27,608 nt of DNA from a virus (lineage: Duplodnaviria > Caudoviricetes), in the IMG/VR virus record IMGVR_UViG_3300006029_000060, positions 1 through 27,608 of that record; one strand, written 5' to 3'. Both the position numbers and the translations under genes were made by a program. Shown piece by piece: positions 7,381-15,752 of the stretch. Every line of letters begins with the position of its first letter. Within the stretch, counting starts at the first letter, position 1. The notes beneath the pieces were generated by a model. It had not been told where the DNA came from and did not search any database. It saw nothing but the letters and a program-made list of their open reading frames with translations.

Positions 7381-9789
7381 ATGAACGTAGGCGCAAACCC
7401 AAACAGTGTATTTCCTAGCCAAGTAGTTAGTGACGGAGAAAAATCAAGCTACGAGTATGGCGTTCAAGTTGGCAGGGCTATTGAATCGGAATGGTTTAGA
7501 CAAGGCGTGAACGGCAATAGGTTTTCAACTAACTATAATCAATTCCATACATTAAGACTTTATGCAAGAGGCGAACAGCCAGTACAGAAATACAAAGATG
7601 AGCTTGCTATAAATGGAGACCTTTCTTATTTAAACTTAGATTGGAAACCAGTGCCTGTAATTTCTAAGTTTGTAGACATTGTTGCAAACGGTATGACTGA
7701 AAAGAAATACGAAATTAACGCTTACGCCCAAGACCCAAAGGCGTTAAAAGAAAGAACAGATTACGCAACAGCTATAATGGAAGATATGGCTGCAAAAGAA
7801 GGTTTGTTAGAATTACAAGAAACAATTGGAGTTAATGCATTTAACACTAATGATGTTGACGCTCTTCCTGAAGATAAAGAAGAATTGGAACTTCATATGC
7901 AACTTGACTACAAGCAGTCAATAGAAATAGCTGAAGAAGAAGTTATAAATCAAGTGCTTGCAAAGAATAAGTTTGATGAGATTAGAAAAAGATTTAATTA
8001 CGACTTAACTGTACTAGGAATTGGTGCTGTAAAGACTACTTGGAATAAAGCAAATGGAGTAGTTACAGATTATTGTGACCCTGCAAGAATGGTTTACTCT
8101 TACACAGATGATCCAAACTTTGAAGACATATACTATGTAGGAGAAGTTAGAGCTGTAACGATACCAGAATTAAAGAAACAATTTCCAAACATTCCTAACG
8201 AAGAGTTAAAGCGTATAGAGGATATGCCTGGAAACAGGCAAATGATTACTGGATGGAACGGGTATGATGAGAATACTGTTCAGGTATTGTATTTTGAGTA
8301 CAAGACTTACAACAATCAAGTGTTTAAAATTAAACAAGGTCCAAACGGATTAGAAAAAGCCATTCAAAAGAATGATGAATTTAATCCTCCTGAGAGCGAT
8401 ACATTTAAAAAAGTATCTAGAAGCATAGAAGTTCTTTATAGTGGGGCTAAGATTTTAGGTAATAACCAAATGCTAGAGTGGAAGCTTGCGGAGAATATGA
8501 CAAGACCTTTCGCTGACACGACTAAAGTTGAAATGAATTATGCCATATGTGCTCCAAGAATGTACAATGGAAGGATTGATTCTGTTGTAAATAAAATTAC
8601 TGGATTTGCAGATATGATTCAGTTGACACACCTTAAACTACAGCAGGTAATGTCAAGAATGGTTCCTGATGGAGTATTCTTAGATGTAGATGGATTGGCT
8701 GAGGTTGACTTAGGTAATGGAACTAGCTACAACGCTGCTGAGGCTTTAAATATGTATTTCCAAACAGGTAGTGTTTTAGGTAGGTCTATGACACAAGATG
8801 GAGAATTGAACAGAGGAAAGATTCCAATTCAAGAACTTCAGTCTTCTAGTGGTGGTGCTAAAATAAACTCACTAATCCAAACTTATCAGTACTACTTGCA
8901 AATGATAAGAGATGTTACAGGATTGAACGAAGCAAGAGATGGTTCAACGCCATCAAAAGATGCACTCGTAGGACTTCAAAAGATGGCCGCTAATCAATCT
9001 AATGTTGCAACTAGACACATACTACAGGCTAGTTGTTATTTAACTCTTAGAACGTGCGAAAACATCTCTAAAAGAATTGCAGATTCCATAGATTTTGCTT
9101 TAACAAATAACTCTTTGCAGAATAGTGTTAGTAAGTATAATGTGGCAACACTTTCTGAAATTAAATATCTAAACTTGCATGACTTTGGTATATTTTTAGA
9201 CCTTGAGCCAGATGACGAAATTAAAGCTCAGTTAGAACAAAACATACAAGTTGCTTTGCAGACTGGTGGGATAGATCTTGAAGATGCGATAGATATTAGA
9301 CAAATAAAAAACATTCAGTTAGCAAACGAAATGCTAAAGAATAAAAGAAAGAAAAAACAAAAAGCATCTCAAAAAGCTCAACAAGACAACATACGGGCAC
9401 AAGCTCAAGCAAATGCTGAACTTGCAGAGAAAGCAGCAATGTCTGAAGTCCAAAAACAACAAGCATTAACAGCAGAAAAAGTAGCTATTGAACAATCTAA
9501 ATCTCAGTTTGAGATACAAAGGATGCGAACTGAGGCTCAAATAAAGAGAGAGCTTATGGCTGAGGAGTTTAATTATCAGATGCAATTAGCACAAGCAAGA
9601 ATTAAATCTGAGTCACAGAGAGACAAAGAGATTGAAGATAGAAAGGATAAGAGAACAAGAATATCTGGGACACAACAATCTGAAATGATTGAACAAAGAC
9701 AAAATAACTTATTACCAAAAAACTTTGAGTCTAAAGGTAATGATGTATTAAGTGGCAACTTTGGTTTAGGCCAATTTGACCCAAAATAA
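7381..9789 (+). CDS. Portal protein
   Basis: 802 aa, directly after terL. It has a P22/crAss-like portal layout (PVISKFVDIV, IRDVTGLNEARDG) and a long C-terminal Q/E/K coiled-coil barrel. Confidence 0.88.
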   Translation: MNVGANPNSVFPSQVVSDGEKSSYEYGVQVGRAIESEWFRQGVNGNRFSTNYNQFHTLRLYARGEQPVQKYKDELAINGDLSYLNLDWKPVPVISKFVDIVANGMTEKKYEINAYAQDPKALKERTDYATAIMEDMAAKEGLLELQETIGVNAFNTNDVDALPEDKEELELHMQLDYKQSIEIAEEEVINQVLAKNKFDEIRKRFNYDLTVLGIGAVKTTWNKANGVVTDYCDPARMVYSYTDDPNFEDIYYVGEVRAVTIPELKKQFPNIPNEELKRIEDMPGNRQMITGWNGYDENTVQVLYFEYKTYNNQVFKIKQGPNGLEKAIQKNDEFNPPESDTFKKVSRSIEVLYSGAKILGNNQMLEWKLAENMTRPFADTTKVEMNYAICAPRMYNGRIDSVVNKITGFADMIQLTHLKLQQVMSRMVPDGVFLDVDGLAEVDLGNGTSYNAAEALNMYFQTGSVLGRSMTQDGELNRGKIPIQELQSSSGGAKINSLIQTYQYYLQMIRDVTGLNEARDGSTPSKDALVGLQKMAANQSNVATRHILQASCYLTLRTCENISKRIADSIDFALTNNSLQNSVSKYNVATLSEIKYLNLHDFGIFLDLEPDDEIKAQLEQNIQVALQTGGIDLEDAIDIRQIKNIQLANEMLKNKRKKKQKASQKAQQDNIRAQAQANAELAEKAAMSEVQKQQALTAEKVAIEQSKSQFEIQRMRTEAQIKRELMAEEFNYQMQLAQARIKSESQRDKEIEDRKDKRTRISGTQQSEMIEQRQNNLLPKNFESKGNDVLSGNFGLGQFDPK

Positions 9790-9799
9790 TTTTTTTTAA

Positions 9800-9820
9800 T
9801 TTATATTATATTATATTATG
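9800..9820 (+). promoter_or_regulatory. Translation-initiation leader TTTATATTATATTWTATTATG, copy 1
   Basis: 20/21 identical to 12583-12603; both end at the ATG. Confidence 0.5.
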
Positions 9821-10999
9821 TCAGAAGAAGTAAAACAAGAAGGCGACTTTAAAATAAAAAAGAAGCAATCAATGAAGAAATTAGGTGAGACTCCAGAAGT
9901 TATAAAGGTAGATTTATCTTCAAAAAAAGAAGATGTAGAATCTGAAGTAACAAGAGTTGAAATAAAATCAGACAATGCCAATAAAGAGCAAGAAACAACA
10001 ACAGTGGTTGAAGATAAACCAACCGAAGTTATACGAGAAGTGGAAACAGAAGTACCACCAAGGGAAAGCACCATTCAAGATGTTGGGTTTTCTGGGATTG
10101 AAGAAGTAACAGAAGATGAGGTAAAAGAAATAACTCAAGAAGTAAAAGAAGCTATAAGAGACGAGCGTGTATCTGGTAAGCCTCTTCCTGAGAATATTGA
10201 AAAACTTGTTACATTCATGGAAGAAACGGGTGGCAATCTAGAAGATTATGTTAGGCTAAATGCTGACTATAGTTCAGTAGATAGCAATACATTATTAAAA
10301 GAGTATTATAGAAAAAGAAAACCACATCTTGATGATGATGAGATAAAATTCCTTTTAGAGGATAATTTTTCGTATGACGAAGAATTAGATGAAGAAAGAG
10401 ATATACGCAAGAAAAAACTTGCATTTAAAGAAGAGGTTTCGGAAGCCAAAAACTTTTTAGAAGACTTGAAGGGTAAATATTACGATGAGATTAAGTTAAG
10501 ACCAGGCGTAACCCAAGAGCAGAAAAAAGCAATGGATTTTTTTAGCCGATATAATGAAGAGCAAAACTTATCAAAGCAGCGACAAGACAGGTTTAAACAA
10601 GCTACGTCTAATCTTTTAAATGATGATTTCAAAGGTTTTGAATACAACATCGGAGAAAAGAAATTTAGATATGGCGTAAATAACCCAACTAAGATTGCAC
10701 AGCAACAGTCTGACATGACCAACTTCATCGGAAAGTTTCTGAATGACAAAGGGGAGGTCTCAGACCACAAGGGCTATCACAAGGCAATGCACGCTGCTGA
10801 GAATATGGATCAGATTGCAAGTCATTTTTATGAGCAAGGCAAAGCGGATGCTGTTAAGGACGTTGTAAATAGTTCAAAGAACATTTCAGACACTCCAAGA
10901 CAAACAGCTGGCGATGCAGTTTTTGTAAATGGCATTAGGGTTAAAGCTGTAACAGGAGCGGATTCTTCAAAATTAAAAATTAAAAAATCACAATTTTAA
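9818..10999 (+). CDS. Acidic scaffold-like protein between portal and capsid genes
   Basis: E/K-rich disordered N-terminus and helical C-terminus, located between the portal and MCP genes. Confidence 0.65.
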   Translation: MSEEVKQEGDFKIKKKQSMKKLGETPEVIKVDLSSKKEDVESEVTRVEIKSDNANKEQETTTVVEDKPTEVIREVETEVPPRESTIQDVGFSGIEEVTEDEVKEITQEVKEAIRDERVSGKPLPENIEKLVTFMEETGGNLEDYVRLNADYSSVDSNTLLKEYYRKRKPHLDDDEIKFLLEDNFSYDEELDEERDIRKKKLAFKEEVSEAKNFLEDLKGKYYDEIKLRPGVTQEQKKAMDFFSRYNEEQNLSKQRQDRFKQATSNLLNDDFKGFEYNIGEKKFRYGVNNPTKIAQQQSDMTNFIGKFLNDKGEVSDHKGYHKAMHAAENMDQIASHFYEQGKADAVKDVVNSSKNISDTPRQTAGDAVFVNGIRVKAVTGADSSKLKIKKSQF

Positions 11000-11023
11000 C
11001 AATTTAAAAACTAAAAAAACAAA

Positions 11024-12517
11024 ATGGGAAATTTTGGAACGGGTATAGACCCACTAGGCAAATTTAGCTTAGTACCAACACCAACAAAAACCGCCTTAGT
11101 AGGCAATTATTTAGACTTCACAGATGCTGGAGCAAATTCAAATAACTTTGCACAACAATATTTACCAGAGCTTTACGAGGCTGAGGTAGAGCGATATGGA
11201 AACAGAACTTTATCTGGATTCTTACGTATGGTTGGTGCTGAAATGCCAATGACTTCTGATCAAGTTGTATGGTCTGAGCAAAACAGATTGCACATCGGGT
11301 ACGAAAATGATGCAGTAACTGCTAACTCTACAGTGTCTATTGTAGCTGCTACAGGAGTTGTTACATTAGGTTCTGCATTAAACAATTCAGTAAGAGTTGG
11401 AAACACAGTAGTAGTATCTAGCGCTGATGGACTAAGAACCTTGAAAGCATATGTATCTGTTGCGACTCCAGGAGCTCAAACTTTTACTTTATTGCCTTAT
11501 ACTCAACAATTGTTTTCATCGAATGCTGCTGGCGACGTAACTTTTGGGAACGAGGCTGTAAATTTATTCGTTTACGGTTCTGAGTTTGCTAAAGGAACAA
11601 ATGGAATGTTAGGTTCTTTAGAGGCTTCTTTTACTCAGTACAGTAACAAGCCAATTATTATTAAGGACACTTATCAAATAAGTGGCTCCGATGCTGCCCA
11701 AATTGGATGGGTTGAAGTTGCTACTGAGGATGGAGCATCAGGATACCTATGGTACTTGAAGTCTGAAGGAGAAACAAGATTACGTTTCCAAGATTACTTA
11801 GAAATGGCAATGGTAGAAGGTGAATTAGCTGGCAATGGATCAACTGTAGCCGCTGCATTGAATGCAACAGTTACATCTGCTGGTACTGAAGGTTTATTTG
11901 CTGCAGTAAAAGCAAGAGGTAATGTATACCAAAACTATGCAAGTGGTGATGTAACTCCAGGAGTTGGAAACAGAAGTGCTTTGCAAGACTTTGATTTCAT
12001 TCTACAGAATCTTGATAAGCAAGGAGCAATTGAGGAGAATATGTTATTCTTGAACAGATCTACTTCTTTAGATTTTGATGATATGTTAGCTGCACAAAAT
12101 TCTTACGGAGCAGGTGGTACATCTTATGGTGTATTTGAAAACTCTGAAGAAATGGCGTTGAACTTAGGATTCGATGGTTTTAGAAGAGGTTCTTATGACT
12201 TTTACAAGACTGATTGGAAATATTTAAACGATGCTTCTACAAGAGGTTTAGTTAAAGATATCGACGGTGTTATGGTCCCTGCTGGAACAAGCACAGTATA
12301 CGATCAAATGTTAGGTACTAACATCAGACGACCATTCTTACACGTACGTTACAGAGCTTCTGAAGCTGACGATAGAAGAATGAAGTCTTGGCTTACTGGA
12401 TCTGTTGGAGGTGCTACTACTTCTGATTTAGATGCAATGACAGTTAACTTCTTATCTGAAAGATGTTTAGTTACTCAAGCTGCTAACAACTTCGTATTAT
12501 TTACGGCGACTGTTTAG
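11024..12517 (+). CDS. Major capsid protein (crAss-like/Bacteroidota podovirus type)
   Basis: 497 aa with QQYLPELYEAEVERYGNRT...WSEQ.RLH, GTEGLFAA and FLSERCL motifs. It follows the portal and scaffold genes and is followed by a terminator-like hairpin. Confidence 0.88.
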   Translation: MGNFGTGIDPLGKFSLVPTPTKTALVGNYLDFTDAGANSNNFAQQYLPELYEAEVERYGNRTLSGFLRMVGAEMPMTSDQVVWSEQNRLHIGYENDAVTANSTVSIVAATGVVTLGSALNNSVRVGNTVVVSSADGLRTLKAYVSVATPGAQTFTLLPYTQQLFSSNAAGDVTFGNEAVNLFVYGSEFAKGTNGMLGSLEASFTQYSNKPIIIKDTYQISGSDAAQIGWVEVATEDGASGYLWYLKSEGETRLRFQDYLEMAMVEGELAGNGSTVAAALNATVTSAGTEGLFAAVKARGNVYQNYASGDVTPGVGNRSALQDFDFILQNLDKQGAIEENMLFLNRSTSLDFDDMLAAQNSYGAGGTSYGVFENSEEMALNLGFDGFRRGSYDFYKTDWKYLNDASTRGLVKDIDGVMVPAGTSTVYDQMLGTNIRRPFLHVRYRASEADDRRMKSWLTGSVGGATTSDLDAMTVNFLSERCLVTQAANNFVLFTATV

Positions 12518-12528
12518 TATTAACTATT

Positions 12529-12585
12529 GTAATGTTACCCTCGTCTTTTAGATGGGGGTAACTATTACTCTTATTATTAATTTTT
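12529..12585 (+). terminator. Probable intrinsic terminator after the capsid gene
   Basis: 12-bp stem GTTACCCTCGTC (12534-45) / GATGGGGGTAAC (12551-62) including two G-U pairs, extendable by GTAAT/ATTAC, then a T-rich tract. Confidence 0.65.
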
Positions 12586-12603
12586 ATATTATATTTTATT
12601 ATG
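12583..12603 (+). promoter_or_regulatory. Translation-initiation leader TTTATATTATATTWTATTATG, copy 2
   Basis: 20/21 identical to 9800-9820. Confidence 0.5.
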
Positions 12604-13455
12604 GCAACAAAAGCCCAAAAATCAAAGGTAGCCCCAAAAAGCGCGGCACCTAAACAAGAAATTATGCAAGAAGAGACTTTAATAGAAGCTCCTATTGCTG
12701 AAGTAAAAAACTCAAAGCCTAAGTGGGAGATTAAAGATAGAAGATACTATCTAGCGAACGGCACGTCACCACTAACTTTTACACTTTGTAGCAAGCATTC
12801 TTCAAGGTTTCCTTTATTACATTTTGATGAAGAAACGGGACAACAAAGAGAGCTAAGATATGCAACAAATCAAAACTCTCCTTTTGTAGATGAGCAGAAG
12901 GGCCATGTAACGATCGCTCACATTGTGTTTGTAGATGGAGTACTTTTAGTACCAAAGGCTAAACAAAATTTACAAAAGTTACTTTCTTTATACCACCCGC
13001 AAAAAGGTGGGACGTATAGAGAGCAAGATGATGTTGCAATTGCAGTAGATGAGTTAGAAGATATTGAGCTTGAAATTGAAGCGTTGATATTGGCTCGGGA
13101 GTTAGATGTAGATCATGCAGAAGCAATCCTTAGAACAGAATTAGGGACTGCGGTTAATAAGATGACAAGCAAAGAACTTAAACGAGATTTGATGTTGCTT
13201 GCTAAAAATAATCCAGCTTTATTTATAAGTCTAGCAAATGACGAAAATGTAGAGCTCAGAAACTTTGGTATTAGAGCTGTTGAAGCAGGAATACTATCTA
13301 TATCAGGTGATCAAAAAACCTTTATGTGGGCGGCAAATGGAAAGAAACTTATGACTGTACCATTTGATGAACACCCATACTCTGCATTAGCAAGTTGGTT
13401 TAAAACTGACGAGGGTATGTTGGTTTATAAAAGTATAGAGAAAAAATTCTCTTAA
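12601..13455 (+). CDS. Head-module protein downstream of MCP (function uncertain)
   Basis: 284 aa with a disordered N-terminus and globular C-terminal region. It occupies the post-MCP slot of crAss-like head modules. Confidence 0.7.
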   Translation: MATKAQKSKVAPKSAAPKQEIMQEETLIEAPIAEVKNSKPKWEIKDRRYYLANGTSPLTFTLCSKHSSRFPLLHFDEETGQQRELRYATNQNSPFVDEQKGHVTIAHIVFVDGVLLVPKAKQNLQKLLSLYHPQKGGTYREQDDVAIAVDELEDIELEIEALILARELDVDHAEAILRTELGTAVNKMTSKELKRDLMLLAKNNPALFISLANDENVELRNFGIRAVEAGILSISGDQKTFMWAANGKKLMTVPFDEHPYSALASWFKTDEGMLVYKSIEKKFS

Positions 13456-13472
13456 TACGTAACTATATTTAT

Positions 13473-13506
13473 AGGGGTAGGTCAACTTCGGTTGGCCTAT
13501 TCTTTT
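13473..13506 (+). terminator. Intrinsic terminator-like hairpin with C(UUCG)G tetraloop
   Basis: AGGGGTAGGTCAAC-TTCG-GTTGGCCTATTCTT followed by TT, in an intergenic position. Confidence 0.8.
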
Positions 13507-13526
13507 AAATAAAACAAAATATTAAT

Positions 13527-14579
13527 ATGGCAATAAATATAAATACGGTATACAAGACTGTATTGTTAATACTTAACAAAGAGGAAAGAGGCTATGTTAC
13601 TCCAGATGAGTTTAACAAAATTGCCAACCAAGTACAATTAGAAATATTTGAAAAATATAGCGATGACTTAAATCAACAGCTAAGGGTTCCTCAAAGTGAT
13701 ACAGATTACGCAGACAGGATTGCCAATATTGATGAAAAGATTTCAATATTTAAAACATTTGGTGGTACAACGTATAATGCGAATGTTCCATCTGACACAT
13801 ACTTTGAATTAAAAGAAGCAGGGCAGGACTTGCCAATTTACAGACTAGGGGCTGTAACATACAAAGACGAAGTTGAACTACAAAGACTTCAAAGAATGGA
13901 GTTCTACAACATCCAAAAATCTCCCCTAACAAAATCCACAGAATCATTTCCAACATACTTACTTGAGAATAATAGGCTTTATGTAAAGCCAAGTACAATA
14001 ACATCTTCAATAGGTGTTAGCTACTTAAGAATACCTTCTGAACCTAGATGGGGTTATTATGTTGGTAGTGTTGGACAATACATATACGACAGTAATGTAT
14101 ACAACGTAACATCTATAAACACAGGCCCTGGATCATTAACGAATAGTGTTATTAGTTCAGTTGAAGATTATGTAGATGGGACATACGGAGGAATTGTTAA
14201 TGACCCTTTGTACCCTGAATGGAACTCCTTAGGTCCAGGCTCTGACTTGCAGCTTTCAATTACGGTAGATAATGGAACTATTTCAAGTGTTGATGTTATT
14301 AAGCCAGGGATAAACTACCTACCATCAGGAGGCCAACAAATTACTGTAGCTGCAACTGCTTTGGGAGGAGGAAGTGGTCCTGCTGAAATACTTTTACAGG
14401 CATCAGACTTTAATGGAAATAGTACGTATGGTTCCACTCAAATAGAGTTAGATATTTCAGAGCAGACTAACTTTATACTTAGAACATTGTTTTACTTTGG
14501 TGTTGTAATAAAAGACCCACAGATTATACAGGTTGCTGCAAGCCAAGTACAAAGAGATGAAATAAACGAAAAAAGCTAA
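13527..14579 (+). CDS. Head-tail connector/ring protein with an inserted beta-rich domain
   Basis: N-terminal VYKTVL.ILNKE.RGY.TP.EFN helix pair, YLR.P..P.W motif, and C-terminal helical closure (QIEL...EQT..I). Synteny supports the call. Confidence 0.65.
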   Translation: MAININTVYKTVLLILNKEERGYVTPDEFNKIANQVQLEIFEKYSDDLNQQLRVPQSDTDYADRIANIDEKISIFKTFGGTTYNANVPSDTYFELKEAGQDLPIYRLGAVTYKDEVELQRLQRMEFYNIQKSPLTKSTESFPTYLLENNRLYVKPSTITSSIGVSYLRIPSEPRWGYYVGSVGQYIYDSNVYNVTSINTGPGSLTNSVISSVEDYVDGTYGGIVNDPLYPEWNSLGPGSDLQLSITVDNGTISSVDVIKPGINYLPSGGQQITVAATALGGGSGPAEILLQASDFNGNSTYGSTQIELDISEQTNFILRTLFYFGVVIKDPQIIQVAASQVQRDEINEKS

Positions 14580-14585
14580 TAAGAT

Positions 14586-15746
14586 ATGCCAAATCCAAAT
14601 GGTGGTTTAATCACCGAAACTAATGCACAATACTATGCTGGACAGCAGGCTTTTACTGGAGATGCAGTCAACAGGATTTTTATATGCACGTTTAACACTG
14701 ATTTAGTTGCAACGGTAGCAGGTGTTTCTAATACAAACTTTTCTGTAACAGTTAATGGAGTAATTGTAACTAACTATACCTTATCTGCAACAAATACAAT
14801 TACATTCAATGTAGCACCTATTAACGATGCCGCAGTTGTTGTAAGTCTTGTTGAAACAGCAAAAGAAGGGAACTACGGAGGTTATCAGTACACATCGTTA
14901 AGTGATGTTATAAATAACTTTATCGTTGCTTACGTTGGAGCAGGGAAGCTTATACCAAGTGCTAAGAGAACTGACATAATATTTCACGCAAAACGTGGAA
15001 TGCAAGAGTTTAGTTACGATACACTAAAAAGTATTAAGTCACAAGAGCTAACCATATCACCAAGTTTAACAGCAGTTATACCACAAGACTATGTGAACTA
15101 CGTTAGGCTATCTTGGATTGATAGCTTAGGTATAAAAAGAATCATATACCCAAACACAAACCTTACGATAAATCCAGCAGAAGCTCCAGAACAAGACTCA
15201 ACAAGTGAGATTGTTCAAGATAATCTTGGGGAGAATGTAGACACAGACCCATCTCAAACGGTGGAAAGATGGAGAGCAGCAGACACTAAAAAAGTAACTG
15301 GGCTATACACTGAAGAGTCTATAAATGCAGGATACAATGTTGACGATATGTACGCTAACAGTTTATATTGGGGAGGAGCATACGGACAAAGATATGGAGC
15401 AGACCCTGTACTAACTCAAAATAACGGATGGTTTGGAATTGATGAGGCGAGAGGAGTGTTTACTTTCTCAAGTAATTTAAAAGGCCGTATAATCGTCATA
15501 GAGTACATTTCAGACGGTTTAGCGTATGATTTGGATACTAGAGTCCCTAAGATGATAGAAGACGCTATGTACGCTCATATAAGCCACGCAATTATTTCTA
15601 CAAGAATTAATCAGCCTGAGTACATTGTTAATAGATTAAAAAGAGAGAGGAGTGCAAAGCTAAGAAACGCTAAGATAAGATTATCTAATATTAAGATAGA
15701 AGAGCTTACTCAACTTATGAGAGGTAAATCTAAGTGGATAAAATAA
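14586..15746 (+). CDS. Second ring/tail tubular protein with an N-terminal Ig-like module
   Basis: IPQDYVNYVRLSW and IVIEYISDGL ring-type motifs. The N-terminus has a VTVNGV...YTL...ITFNVAP module typical of phage tail or fibre-anchoring domains. Confidence 0.65.
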   Translation: MPNPNGGLITETNAQYYAGQQAFTGDAVNRIFICTFNTDLVATVAGVSNTNFSVTVNGVIVTNYTLSATNTITFNVAPINDAAVVVSLVETAKEGNYGGYQYTSLSDVINNFIVAYVGAGKLIPSAKRTDIIFHAKRGMQEFSYDTLKSIKSQELTISPSLTAVIPQDYVNYVRLSWIDSLGIKRIIYPNTNLTINPAEAPEQDSTSEIVQDNLGENVDTDPSQTVERWRAADTKKVTGLYTEESINAGYNVDDMYANSLYWGGAYGQRYGADPVLTQNNGWFGIDEARGVFTFSSNLKGRIIVIEYISDGLAYDLDTRVPKMIEDAMYAHISHAIISTRINQPEYIVNRLKRERSAKLRNAKIRLSNIKIEELTQLMRGKSKWIK

Positions 15747-15752
15747 TATAAT

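Noticed and set aside
5167-12517. Introns, inteins or homing endonucleases in terL, portal or MCP
   Set aside because: Reading frames are continuous with plausible lengths, and I saw no intein C/S...HN or LAGLIDADG/HNH signatures.
12515-12523. Read-through extension of the capsid protein at its TAG stop
   Set aside because: An in-frame TAA follows one codon later, and no slippery heptamer is near the end of the gene.
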